A stretch of 64,000 nt of DNA from an uncultured Candidatus Saccharibacteria bacterium (GCA_964434195.1 CAYSUI010000002.1:2562-66561), one strand, 5' to 3'; counted from the first letter of the stretch, positions 18,451 through 28,302 are shown. Program-made: numbers and translations. Notes: generated by a model not told the origin, from the sequence alone.

Positions 18451-18481
18451 AAAAATCCGCATTAGAATGCGGATTTTTTTA
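18451..18481 (+). terminator. intrinsic terminator (ATCCGCAT-TAGA-ATGCGGAT + T8)
   Basis: Perfect 8-bp stem followed by a T-run, directly after secF. Confidence 0.7.
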
Positions 18482-18492
18482 TAACATATTTG

Positions 18493-18521
18493 TTGACAAT
18501 AGTCTTTTTTTATGATATACT
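18493..18521 (+). promoter_or_regulatory. sigma70-type promoter (TTGACA-17-TATACT)
   Basis: Consensus -35 and a near-consensus -10 with 17-nt spacing, upstream of the 18574 gene. Confidence 0.5.
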
Positions 18522-18573
18522 AAGACAAATTGGTAAACATATTTGATGCTTTATAGCTAGATTACTTATATTT

Positions 18574-19662
18574 ATGGGAATTTTAGATAAAATAATTGAT
18601 CACAAACAGGCAGATCTTCTCCAAAAATTTGAACCAACTATAGCAGTTGGTAAGATTTTGGAAGGTTTAAAAGAACGCGAAAGGAAAATCCTGTCCGCAC
18701 GTTTTGGTCTTTTGAATTCTACAATTAAAACCTTGGAAGTTATCGGAAAAGAGCAGGGTCTCACAAGAGAAAGAGTAAGGCAGATTGAAAAGTCCCTCTT
18801 AAAATCCCTCAGATCTAGTCAAACAAACGACCAACACATTGTACTAAGTCGTGACTTGTTTGTTTCTGTTATAAGTGACCACGGTGGTATTATTGCCGAG
18901 GATTTACTCTTCGAATATTTAAGGTTGGATTCAGCGGATGATAAAAATTCAGTAATATTCATCCTTCACTTAATTCCAGATATTGAAAAACATGAATCAG
19001 ACGATCATATAGAAAAATCTTGGGCAATAAATAGTTTTAGTAGGGATGTATTACACAACTTCATTAAGCACGCAAAAGACCTACTTGAAACTCACTCTAA
19101 ACCACTAAAACCTGAGAATCTTATAGGTAAATTAGACGAGATTGGAATAATCAAGATTCACTTCACCGACCATAATCCTAAAATGCTTGAAAATTATCTC
19201 AGAACATCTAAAGTTATAAAAAGAAATGCATTCGGAGATTTTGGTTTAGTACATTGGAATGAAATACAACCAAAAGATGTAGGGGATAAGGCTTATTTAG
19301 TAATGAAGCATCACGGTAAACCAGAGCATTATACAACCATTACTGAGCTGATAAATAAGTATGCTTTCGATTCGAGAAAGGCATTTAAAGAAACCGTACA
19401 CAACGAATTAATTAAAGATAAAAGATTTATTCTAGTTGGTAGAGGTATATATGCCCTTTCAGAATGGGGATACACTCCAGGTGTTGTGTCTGATGTAATA
19501 AAAGAAATCCTGAAAGAAAAAGGCCAAGCAATGACCAGAGATCAAATAGTCGAAGAAGTCTTAAAGCGAAGGGTAGTTAAAAAGAATACAATCTTAGTAG
19601 GTCTTTCAAATAAGAAAATCTTCAAGAAAGTCGGTAAAAATCTCTACGCATTAGCAGAATAA
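18574..19662 (+). CDS. sigma-70 region-4-like HTH domain protein (no sigma regions 2/3)
   Basis: Residues ~35-85, ERKILSARFGLLNSTIKTLEVIGKEQGLTRERVRQIEKSLLKSL, closely match sigma70 region 4.2. The remaining ~270 aa have no recognisable sigma domains. Confidence 0.5.
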   Translation: MGILDKIIDHKQADLLQKFEPTIAVGKILEGLKERERKILSARFGLLNSTIKTLEVIGKEQGLTRERVRQIEKSLLKSLRSSQTNDQHIVLSRDLFVSVISDHGGIIAEDLLFEYLRLDSADDKNSVIFILHLIPDIEKHESDDHIEKSWAINSFSRDVLHNFIKHAKDLLETHSKPLKPENLIGKLDEIGIIKIHFTDHNPKMLENYLRTSKVIKRNAFGDFGLVHWNEIQPKDVGDKAYLVMKHHGKPEHYTTITELINKYAFDSRKAFKETVHNELIKDKRFILVGRGIYALSEWGYTPGVVSDVIKEILKEKGQAMTRDQIVEEVLKRRVVKKNTILVGLSNKKIFKKVGKNLYALAE

Positions 19663-19704
19663 ATTCCGGCCTAATTATAGTCTAAGTAAAGTTAAGTTAT
19701 ACTA

Positions 19705-19730
19705 AGACCGGGAATTTCCCCGGTCTTTTC
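19705..19730 (+). terminator. intrinsic terminator (AGACCGGG...CCCGGTCT + TTTTCT)
   Basis: 8-bp GC-rich stem followed by a T-run downstream of the 18574 gene. Confidence 0.6.
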
Positions 19731-19741
19731 TAACTTTTTGA

Positions 19742-19750
19742 TGTTATAAT
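19742..19750 (+). promoter_or_regulatory. extended -10 promoter TGTTATAAT driving a leaderless transcript
   Basis: TGnTATAAT consensus ends 7 nt before the ATG at 19758. No room for a Shine-Dalgarno. Confidence 0.45.
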
Positions 19751-19757
19751 TATTCAT

Positions 19758-21071
19758 ATGAATCAAATTCCTCCATTCGATATCCCGTCGCTCTTCAGAT
19801 TTTTCTGGTTAGTGTTTACTCACGGTGGCTGGCTAGTCCTCACTGCAATAGGGCTGTACATGGCCTATTATCTTTATAAAAATGAAATACAACACCAATT
19901 CGTACATAGCCAAGAATGGGTATTTTTAAATGTAAAAGGACCTAAGGATAATTTAACCTCCACACTCGCTGTTGAACAAATCTTCCAACAACTACATGTC
20001 TTACACGTTGGTCTAACCTTCGCCCAGAAATATATCGAAGGTATGATTCAACTTTGGTATTCCTTCGAAATGATTTCTATGGGTGGAAAGATTTCCATGA
20101 TAATTAGAGTACCAAAATCCAAACAAAAATTTGTTGAATCTGCAATTTACTCAGAATATCCTGCGGCAGAAATTAGTGTAGTAGAGGATTACATGAAAGA
20201 TATTAATTACGATCCTGAAGAAAGCGATTTTGATCTTTTCGGTACCGAATTCAAACTCGGCGAAAAAACATATATCCCTATAAAAACTTATCGTGACTTT
20301 GAGCATCCAACCGCAGAAAATCCTATCATAGACCCACTAGCTCCAATTTTTGAAGGTCTTTCTAAAATAGAACCACATGAATTTTATGGTATTCAAATTA
20401 TAGCCCAACCAACACAAGACGAAGAATGGAAGCCGCAGGGTGAGAGGTATATTAAAGAGCTAACCGGAGAAGAAGTGCCACACGAGGCAACTATACTTGG
20501 TACTCTTTTAAAACCTTTCGATTGGTTTGCTCATTTTAGCTTTAAATCCATAATCACAGGTAGTGGTGGTCATGATGAAAAACCAGGAAAAAATCAGAAA
20601 AATGACTGGATGAGTATGACCGATATAGAAAAACTAAGAGTCAATTCTGCTCAAAGCAAGATGGGTAAGAGTGGGTATAAAGTAAAAATAAGACACTTGT
20701 ATATTGCTCCTAAAGATAAATTCGATAAAAATAAAAGATCTCATTTTATTGGAGCTTTTAGAAGTTTTGGGTCCGCACAGTCAAATAAGCTAAAACCAGA
20801 TGTGTCTAGAACCTGGACAGCAGTAGACTATATTATTAGTCCAGACTTAGAAAAACCTTATATGGATTGGATAGTAGACTATCGTAAGAGAATGATATTT
20901 AAGGGTTACAAAGATAGAGATATCCACATAGGTCTACCGGCGATGATTCTTAATTCTGAGGAATTAGCAACCTTATACCACTGGCCATTGTCAGTATCTA
21001 CAGCGATTACTCCTAGTGTTGAAAAAGTCGAAAGCAAAAAAGTTCAAGCTCCTTCAAATCTTCCTATTTAA
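19758..21071 (+). CDS. hypothetical membrane-anchored protein (partner of the VirD4-like ATPase)
   Basis: 437 aa with a single N-terminal TM helix (FFWLVFTHGGWLVLTAIGLYMAYYLY) and a large soluble domain with no recognisable motif. 9 nt upstream of the ATPase gene. Confidence 0.5.
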   Translation: MNQIPPFDIPSLFRFFWLVFTHGGWLVLTAIGLYMAYYLYKNEIQHQFVHSQEWVFLNVKGPKDNLTSTLAVEQIFQQLHVLHVGLTFAQKYIEGMIQLWYSFEMISMGGKISMIIRVPKSKQKFVESAIYSEYPAAEISVVEDYMKDINYDPEESDFDLFGTEFKLGEKTYIPIKTYRDFEHPTAENPIIDPLAPIFEGLSKIEPHEFYGIQIIAQPTQDEEWKPQGERYIKELTGEEVPHEATILGTLLKPFDWFAHFSFKSIITGSGGHDEKPGKNQKNDWMSMTDIEKLRVNSAQSKMGKSGYKVKIRHLYIAPKDKFDKNKRSHFIGAFRSFGSAQSNKLKPDVSRTWTAVDYIISPDLEKPYMDWIVDYRKRMIFKGYKDRDIHIGLPAMILNSEELATLYHWPLSVSTAITPSVEKVESKKVQAPSNLPI

Positions 21072-21080
21072 AAACACAAT

Positions 21081-22823
21081 ATGAGTGAAAATTCAGAAAT
21101 AACATATTTTGGTAAAACCAATTTCAGAAATCGTGAAACGCCTTTTGGTATAAAGACCGATGACCGTAGAAGGCATATGTACCTAATCGGAAAAACAGGT
21201 ATGGGTAAAACTACCATGATGGAGAATATGGTTATCCAGGACATTAGAAACGGTCATGGTTTGTGTTTTATAGATCCTCACGGTGATTCTGTTGAGAAGA
21301 TTTTAAATTATATTCCAAATAATCGTATTAACGACGTTATCTATTTCAATCCGTCAGACCTAGAATACCCTACAGCGTTCAATATATTGGAAGCAGTAGA
21401 TAGCAAATACAAGCACCTTGTTGCATCAGGACTAATGGGTGTATTTACTAAAATTTGGGCCAATTTGTGGTCGGCTCGTATGGAGTACATACTTAACAAC
21501 ACGGTCCTCGCTCTTTTGGACAGTCCAGGAAATACCATGTTAGGTATTACAAGAATGTACGTAGATAAACGCTATAGAAAGAAAATAGTCGACAATATTA
21601 AAGATCCTATTGTAAAAGCTTTTTGGACTGATGAATTCGCAAACTATAACGAAAAATATCGAACAGAAGCAATTGCTCCAATTCAAAACAAAGTGGGTCA
21701 GTTCTTGTCTAGCGCTGTTATAAGAAATATTGTAGGTCAACCAAAATCTACTATAGATCTAAGAAGTATCATGGACGAGAAAAAAATTCTATTACTTGAC
21801 CTTTCTAAAGGTAAAGTAGGTGAAGATAACTCGGCACTTTTGGGAGCCATGATCATTACCAAATTACAGTTAGCTGCACTTTCTCGTGTAGATATCCCAG
21901 AAAAACAAAGAAATGATTTCTATTTATACGTCGACGAATTTCAAAATTTTGCGACGGACAGTTTTGCAACCATATTAAGCGAAGCTAGGAAATACAGATT
22001 AAATCTTATAGTCGGGCATCAGTACATTGGCCAGTTAGCACCAGATAAAAACAATACAAGAATTAGAGACGCTGTATTTGGAAACGTGGGAACTATGGTA
22101 GTTTTTAGGATAGGTGCTGCAGATGCTGAGTATTTAGAAACTGAATTTGATCCAGTTTTTACTCCTAATGACCTAGTTAGTTTGCCGAAGTATCAAGTTA
22201 TCTTAAAACTCATGATCGATGGTGTTGCCAGCGATCCATTCTCTGCTACAGGGCTTCCACCGAATGAATCTTACTATACAGGAAATGCCGAAAAAGTAAT
22301 TAAGGTCTCTAGAGAGCGTCATGCTAACCCGGTAGCTGAAGTAGAAGATAAAATTAGCAGATGGATGGGTGCTGAGTTCCATGAACAAACAGGTTTGCTA
22401 GTGGCCGAGGAATCACAAGCCCAATCGGAAGAAAGTACAGAGAGCGAATCGCCAAGGCCTATAGTAAAAATTAGGGAGCAGTCAGTACCTTCTGTAACTC
22501 AATTTAAGCCATTACCTGAGCGTATACCACCTCAGGGTAATAACTATGGTTCTCAACAAGCAGGTAGGTCATTTAGGCCACCCCAAGCTTCAAGGACAGA
22601 TAGAGCACCAAGACAACCTAAAGCCCCAGCCAGACAAGTTGCGCCACAGTCCAGACCTCTCACTCCACCTCCGCAAGCAAATAAACCATCACATCCTGTA
22701 TGGGATACAGTGGACGTTCTCAATGAAAAAAGAATTCAGAGTATTTTCGAACCAACAGCAGAAAAACCTGATAAAGCCAATGCTAATACATTAGAGCCAG
22801 GAGAAACAAAGACTTTTGAATAA
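21081..22823 (+). CDS. VirD4/TraD/TraG-like type IV coupling-protein-family ATPase (soluble; no N-terminal TM domain)
   Basis: Walker A LIGKTGMGKTTMMENM; FIDPHGD; Walker B/TraG-D_C-like LYVDEFQNFATDSF...RKYRLNLIVGHQYIGQL; Pro/Gln-rich low-complexity C-terminal tail. Confidence 0.65.
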   Translation: MSENSEITYFGKTNFRNRETPFGIKTDDRRRHMYLIGKTGMGKTTMMENMVIQDIRNGHGLCFIDPHGDSVEKILNYIPNNRINDVIYFNPSDLEYPTAFNILEAVDSKYKHLVASGLMGVFTKIWANLWSARMEYILNNTVLALLDSPGNTMLGITRMYVDKRYRKKIVDNIKDPIVKAFWTDEFANYNEKYRTEAIAPIQNKVGQFLSSAVIRNIVGQPKSTIDLRSIMDEKKILLLDLSKGKVGEDNSALLGAMIITKLQLAALSRVDIPEKQRNDFYLYVDEFQNFATDSFATILSEARKYRLNLIVGHQYIGQLAPDKNNTRIRDAVFGNVGTMVVFRIGAADAEYLETEFDPVFTPNDLVSLPKYQVILKLMIDGVASDPFSATGLPPNESYYTGNAEKVIKVSRERHANPVAEVEDKISRWMGAEFHEQTGLLVAEESQAQSEESTESESPRPIVKIREQSVPSVTQFKPLPERIPPQGNNYGSQQAGRSFRPPQASRTDRAPRQPKAPARQVAPQSRPLTPPPQANKPSHPVWDTVDVLNEKRIQSIFEPTAEKPDKANANTLEPGETKTFE

Positions 22824-22827
22824 AAAA

Positions 22828-22855
22828 ACACCCTCATAAATGAGGGTGTTTTTTT
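22828..22855. terminator. bidirectional intrinsic terminator (ACACCCTCA-TAAA-TGAGGGTGT flanked by A7/T7)
   Basis: Perfect 9-bp stem between the convergent ATPase (+) and trxA (-) genes, with an A-run on one side and a T-run on the other. Confidence 0.7.
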
Positions 22856-23174
22856 AAAGCAATGTTTTTAGAGTTGCTTCAATTGTAGCTTTAGGTGCTG
22901 CACCTACTAATTCTGCTGCAAGCTTGCCATCCTTGAAAAATTTCATTGTTGGTATGCTCATTATATTGAATCTTTGAGATAATTCAGGGTTCTCATCAAC
23001 ATTCACTTTACCAACTTTCATTTTACCTTTATATTCTTCCGCTATCTCCATTATTAGGGGAGAAAGTACCTTACAAGGACCACACCATTCGGCCCAAAAA
23101 TCCACTAATACAGGAATCTCAGAATTAGTTACTTCTGAATCAAAATTTTCGGAGGTCAGAGTTATTTCGCTCAT
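22854..23174 (-). CDS. trxA: thioredoxin
   Basis: 106 aa with the WCGPC active site. Confidence 0.9.
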   Translation of the reverse strand: MSEITLTSENFDSEVTNSEIPVLVDFWAEWCGPCKVLSPLIMEIAEEYKGKMKVGKVNVDENPELSQRFNIMSIPTMKFFKDGKLAAELVGAAPKATIEATLKTLL

Positions 23175-23273
23175 ATATTTTTTGTTTAATTAGCGTAAAA
23201 ATTTTACAACGTCTTTTTTGATCTTATCCACAGGAGGAATATTTGTCAATTAAAATCTCGTATAATTACTTTA

Positions 23274-24197
23274 ATGGGAAACAAACATAAAACCATCTCA
23301 AAAACTATCTTATTATTATCTTTATGTTTTTTTCAATTTACCCTTTTTCCCATACAAAACATAAAAAGTCCAAAGGTATTAGGGTTGCAATCTGGAGTTC
23401 TTTTGAGAGGGTTACCGAAATCGGACAATCTAAATTTCAATCCCACAGTACAAAAAGAAATAGATTTTAGCGGGATTGACGCAGGGTCTTTTATTGTTTT
23501 CGAACGACATACAGGAAAAATTATACTTGAGAAAAATACGCATCAAAAGCTTCCAATTGCGAGTATTACTAAACTTCTTACGGCTGACCTAGCGCTAAAA
23601 AATTTAGATCTAACAAAAACATACGAATTTAATAACAAAGATAAAATTAATGTTAGCCCTACGGCTGGTTTAATAGTAGGGGACATGTTATCCGGTCAAG
23701 ATTTGATCATTTCTATGCTAGTAGGATCAGCAAATGATTCTGCAAAAAAAATCGGTTCAATTCTTGAGGCTAAAAATAATCAAGCTATTGCAGATCAAAT
23801 GAACGCAAGAGCCATGGAGCTTGGTATGTCTGAGTCTCATTTTTCTAACCCAATGGGTTTTGATGACGAGCAAAATTATTCTACTGCCCAAGATGTATAT
23901 TTGCTCGTTAAAGAAAGCTTAGAGCATGGGCTATTTGATCTAATAGCCAGAAATAAAACCTATAAATTCAGCGGTATCAGAGGAAATTATTCAGTTAAAG
24001 CAACAAATAAGTTAATTTTCAGAGATTCTAATATTTTTACTGTTAAAACCGGAAATACTCCAGAGGCTTTGGGGGCAATGGTGAGCAGAAGCTTTATAAC
24101 AGGTAAAGACATTGTTTTCATTGTTTTAAAAAGTAAAAATAGAGAAGAAGATACCTTAAGGTTAAGGGAATTGGTAGTCAGAAGTTTTAACTGGTAA
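23274..24197 (+). CDS. D-alanyl-D-alanine carboxypeptidase (S11 PBP5/6-type)
   Basis: Signal peptide; SxxK (ASITKLLT), SxN (SANDSAK) and KTG (VKTGNT) motifs in the correct order. Confidence 0.7.
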   Translation: MGNKHKTISKTILLLSLCFFQFTLFPIQNIKSPKVLGLQSGVLLRGLPKSDNLNFNPTVQKEIDFSGIDAGSFIVFERHTGKIILEKNTHQKLPIASITKLLTADLALKNLDLTKTYEFNNKDKINVSPTAGLIVGDMLSGQDLIISMLVGSANDSAKKIGSILEAKNNQAIADQMNARAMELGMSESHFSNPMGFDDEQNYSTAQDVYLLVKESLEHGLFDLIARNKTYKFSGIRGNYSVKATNKLIFRDSNIFTVKTGNTPEALGAMVSRSFITGKDIVFIVLKSKNREEDTLRLRELVVRSFNW

Positions 24198-24206
24198 AAT
24201 AATAAT

Positions 24207-25280
24207 ATGCCAGTCAATACCGAGTTACTAAAAATCTTTATTCTTAGCATAGTTGGTTTTTCTCTCTCTTTCGCCCTCACGCCAATACTTACAGGCTTTT
24301 TATACAGGAATAAGCTAGGGAAACAAATCCGTAGTGATGGATCTACCCCTATTTTTAGTAGACTCCACGCCCAAAAAAAAGGCACCCCTACAATGGGTGG
24401 GGTTCTAATATGGGGAACCGCTTTATTGGTACCTATAATTTTCTGGTTTCTAGACAGAATAATTGGAATTTCCAGTTTAAGACTCTTTAATTTCGACATA
24501 GATCTCTTTCACGGATTAAATATTCTAACTAGAAAGGAAACCTGGCTACCATTGGGGGCATTAATAGGTTCTAGTTTAGTTGGGCTGGTAGACGATTTCT
24601 TGGATGCTCGCAGTTTGGGATACAAAGGAAGAGGTATAAGATTTAGATATAAATTTTTCCTATACGCTATAGTCGCAAGTATTGGTGCCTGGTGGTTTTA
24701 TAGTAAGTTAGGATTCGATAGTATCCATATTCCTTTCTCAGGAGATTTCCGTATTGGATTTTTATATGTAATATTTTTTGTCCTAATTGTAACTGGCACT
24801 AGCTTTGCTGTTAATCAGACAGATGGTTTAGATGGATTAGCAGGTGGTACTCTTCTTGTTTCTTTTCTTTCTTATGGACTAATAGCATTTAGCCAAGGAA
24901 AATATAATTTAACTGCTTTAATTGGTATTATTTTCGGCGCGTTGCTCACTTTCTTATGGTTTAATATCTACCCCGCTAGGTTCTTCATGGGAGATACCGG
25001 GTCAATGGGGTTGGGGGTATTTCTAGCCATTCTGGCTTTTTTAACCAATACAGTTTTCCTGTTACCTTTTCTTGGATTCATTTTCCTCATAGAGGCACTT
25101 AGTTATTTCGCGCAGATTATATGGAGAACACTTTTCAAAAAGAAACTACTACTCTCAGCGCCGATCCATCATCATTTTGAAGCGAAAGGTTGGGTAGAGA
25201 CTAAAGTTACTATGCGCTTTTGGATTATTTCTTGGGTGTTCGCTTTCATTGGTATAATTTTATATTTTTTAGATAAATAA
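24207..25280 (+). CDS. mraY: phospho-N-acetylmuramoyl-pentapeptide transferase
   Basis: 10-TM protein with NQTDGLDGLAGG and the MGDTGSMGLG/HHHFE motifs of MraY. Confidence 0.9.
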   Translation: MPVNTELLKIFILSIVGFSLSFALTPILTGFLYRNKLGKQIRSDGSTPIFSRLHAQKKGTPTMGGVLIWGTALLVPIIFWFLDRIIGISSLRLFNFDIDLFHGLNILTRKETWLPLGALIGSSLVGLVDDFLDARSLGYKGRGIRFRYKFFLYAIVASIGAWWFYSKLGFDSIHIPFSGDFRIGFLYVIFFVLIVTGTSFAVNQTDGLDGLAGGTLLVSFLSYGLIAFSQGKYNLTALIGIIFGALLTFLWFNIYPARFFMGDTGSMGLGVFLAILAFLTNTVFLLPFLGFIFLIEALSYFAQIIWRTLFKKKLLLSAPIHHHFEAKGWVETKVTMRFWIISWVFAFIGIILYFLDK

Positions 25281-25285
25281 GATTT

Positions 25286-26863
25286 ATGTATTCAGTAATT
25301 ATAAAAAATGGAACAGTTATTGATGGCACTGGTAAACCTGGTGAAATTTTAGATGTAGCATTAGAAGGAGATCAGATCGTCGCTATAGATAAAAATTTAC
25401 CAGAAAAAGCTAAGCAAATTATCGATGCCACAGGGTTAGTTATAACTCCTGGTTTTATAGATATTCAAAATCACAGTGATACTTATTGGTCTTTATTCGA
25501 CACACCTAATCTAGAAAGCATAGTAACTCAAGGGTTTACGACTATACTGGTAGGTCAGTGTGGAGCTAGTCTTGCACCATTACTATCTCCCGAATCTTTA
25601 CTTGCTATCCGTAAGTGGCACTCTGTTGCCGGTATGAATATCAATTGGTCTACATTTTCAGAATATATAGAGGAATTAAGTAGATCCAGGTTCGGCTGTA
25701 ACATAGCTACGTTAGTGGGTTATGGAACTTTAAGAAGAGGACTCATAGGGGATGAAATAAGAGGTCTAGAAAATAGTGAAATAGAGAGCCTCAAAGCTCA
25801 ACTTGAAACCTGTTTAGATGCAGGCGCTTTTGGGCTTTCCAGTGGACTCTCATATTCACACGAGATGCACACCACCGAACTTGAATTGTTCGAATTGGTT
25901 AAATTGGTAGCAAGTAAAAATAAATTATTTTCTATTCACCTAAGAAACGAGTCTGCCGAAGTCATAGAAAGTGTAGAAGAGGCTATGGATATAGCCAAGC
26001 ATACTGGAGTAAATCTAAAAATTTCACATTTAAAAATAAGAAATCAAAAAAATTGGGCATTATCAGAAGATCTCATAAGTAGATTAGAATCAGCATTCCA
26101 CAAAGGTGTAAATGTAAATTTTGATGTTTATCCATACGATAGTATTTGGCAAGTAGTTTACAGTTATTTACCTAAGTGGAGTCAGGTAGGTGGTAGAGCT
26201 AGTTACTTAAAATCAATGCAAGACCCAAGCGATCGAAAGAAAATCCTTTCGGAGCTTTCTGAAATAAGTAATCAACTTTCCGAACTTATAGTCGCATCAA
26301 CTGAAAACCAATTAGGTATGGTTGGTAAGAAAGTTTCAGATATTGCAAAAAATACAGGCTTATCAGTAGAAGAAACATTCTTAGAGATAGTAAAAAATTC
26401 TGGTAGTGAAACTTTGGTTTTCGATAGTTGTATGGATAATAAGTTAGTTACTTCACTTCTGGATCATCCATTATCTATTGTTGCAACTGACGGAGCTGGT
26501 TTCAGTCCTAAGTTAAAATTTGGGCAAATAAGAGATAGATTAGTGCACCCAAGATGTTTTGGATCTGCGCCTAGGTATTTAAGAAAGATTTTAGATAGTA
26601 AGGGTTCACTAGAATCTGCTGTCTCTAAACTTACATCAGCACCTGCCGATAAAATGGGCCTTAAAAATAGAGGAAGGTTATTAGTAGGCAATTTCGCAGA
26701 TATAGTGATATTTGATCCAGCTAAAATTACTGATAAGGCTACTTTAATGAATCCTTTTCAAGAAAGTCAGGGTATAAGTTTTGTGTTTACAAACGGAAAA
26801 CTAACTATAGCTTCAGGTGAACTAACAGGTGATCTGTCCGGTTACGTACTTAGAAAGAATTAA
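25286..26863 (+). CDS. N-acyl-D-amino-acid deacylase-family amidohydrolase
   Basis: N-terminal VIIKNGTVIDGTG...ITPGFIDIQNHSD metal-binding HxH-like segment and an overall D-aminoacylase-like layout. Confidence 0.65.
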   Translation: MYSVIIKNGTVIDGTGKPGEILDVALEGDQIVAIDKNLPEKAKQIIDATGLVITPGFIDIQNHSDTYWSLFDTPNLESIVTQGFTTILVGQCGASLAPLLSPESLLAIRKWHSVAGMNINWSTFSEYIEELSRSRFGCNIATLVGYGTLRRGLIGDEIRGLENSEIESLKAQLETCLDAGAFGLSSGLSYSHEMHTTELELFELVKLVASKNKLFSIHLRNESAEVIESVEEAMDIAKHTGVNLKISHLKIRNQKNWALSEDLISRLESAFHKGVNVNFDVYPYDSIWQVVYSYLPKWSQVGGRASYLKSMQDPSDRKKILSELSEISNQLSELIVASTENQLGMVGKKVSDIAKNTGLSVEETFLEIVKNSGSETLVFDSCMDNKLVTSLLDHPLSIVATDGAGFSPKLKFGQIRDRLVHPRCFGSAPRYLRKILDSKGSLESAVSKLTSAPADKMGLKNRGRLLVGNFADIVIFDPAKITDKATLMNPFQESQGISFVFTNGKLTIASGELTGDLSGYVLRKN

Positions 26864-26874
26864 TTTAAATTTTT

Positions 26875-28302
26875 GTGGTCAAATTTAATTTCACAAACAA
26901 AAGAGTGGGTATATTAGGATTCGGTGAAGAAGGATTTTTCACCGCTCTTTTTTTGATCAAGCAAGGTGCAAAAATCACCATTCTAGATGAAAAAGTACTA
27001 GATATTTCAAAAAATGAACTAATAAAAAAACTAAAAAATAAATCTGTAGATTTTATATTTCACAAAAATGCTTTTCGTAATCTAACTAATTATGACTTTC
27101 TAATTAGAAGTCCAATTATTTCGGCATTAAGACCCGAAATAATTAATGCTAAAAAATCAGGAGTAACGGTAATTAGTCAAACCCAGATTTTTATTTCGGA
27201 ATGTCCCAGCACTATTGTTGGTGTTACTGGAACAAAAGGAAAAGGTACTGTAAGTACTCTGATTCACCAATTCCTAAAAAGATCCTCACCCCGCAAAGAC
27301 ATATCCAATGAGTTCTATCTTAAAAAAAATTCAAATATATTTTTAACTGGTAACATTGGAGGAAAAAATGCCCCTTTGGCTATATTACCTAAGCTTAAAA
27401 AAGAAGATATCGTTATTTTTGAGATGTCCAGTTTTCAATTAGAAGATCTTTCTCTATCGCCTAAGATAGCAGTTATACTTCAGATTTTCCCGGATCACCT
27501 AGATAGGCACGCATCAATGAAAGAATATGCATCAGCAAAGAACAATATAACCAAATTTCAAGCCAAAGATGACTTATTAATCATCGATATAGATAGCCCT
27601 GAAACCAAAAAAATATTCAAAAAATCCAAAACTAACAAAATAGTCATTTCAAAAAACGAATCTTTATCTCAACTAAAGATAGAAAATAATTGTTTATTTT
27701 TTTCGCCAGATAGCGATCAAAAGATTGAATTATTGAATTTAAAAAACACAAACCTCCTAGGTTTCCATAATTATATTAATATCGGAATTTCGGCAATTAC
27801 AGCTTATCTTTTAGGTGCAGAGCCTAAAAATTTCAATTCAGTTATTAAAGACTTTAAGGGTTTACCACACAGATTACAACTAGTAAGCATGACCAAAGGT
27901 ATTAAGTTTTACGATGATTCTATAGCAACTATACCCGATGCAAGCGCGGCAGCCATAAACTCTTTTCAGTCACCAATTATTTTAGTACTCGGAGGATTAG
28001 TAAAAAATATTAGTTACAAAAATCTCGCTAGAGTAATCAAAAAAAATTCTCATGTAAAATCAATAATAATTTTTGGATCTGGACAAGATAAAATATACCA
28101 GGAATTAGTCAATATGGGAGTAAAAACAAAAATCATCAAAGTAGGGAAAAGTATGGCTAAAATATTTGATAAAATTAAGTTATTAGCAGAACCAGGAGAC
28201 TCCATATTATTTAGTCCAGGAGCAGCATCTTTCGATATGTATCAAAATTATAAAAAAAGAGGAGAAGATTTCACTTCTTATGCCAAAGCTTTCAACAAAT
28301 AA
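26875..28302 (+). CDS. murD: UDP-N-acetylmuramoylalanine--D-glutamate ligase
   Basis: Mur ligase P-loop VGVTGTKGKGTVSTLI. N-terminal Rossmann-like domain and C-terminal domain arranged as in MurD. Confidence 0.8.
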   Translation: MVKFNFTNKRVGILGFGEEGFFTALFLIKQGAKITILDEKVLDISKNELIKKLKNKSVDFIFHKNAFRNLTNYDFLIRSPIISALRPEIINAKKSGVTVISQTQIFISECPSTIVGVTGTKGKGTVSTLIHQFLKRSSPRKDISNEFYLKKNSNIFLTGNIGGKNAPLAILPKLKKEDIVIFEMSSFQLEDLSLSPKIAVILQIFPDHLDRHASMKEYASAKNNITKFQAKDDLLIIDIDSPETKKIFKKSKTNKIVISKNESLSQLKIENNCLFFSPDSDQKIELLNLKNTNLLGFHNYINIGISAITAYLLGAEPKNFNSVIKDFKGLPHRLQLVSMTKGIKFYDDSIATIPDASAAAINSFQSPIILVLGGLVKNISYKNLARVIKKNSHVKSIIIFGSGQDKIYQELVNMGVKTKIIKVGKSMAKIFDKIKLLAEPGDSILFSPGAASFDMYQNYKKRGEDFTSYAKAFNK

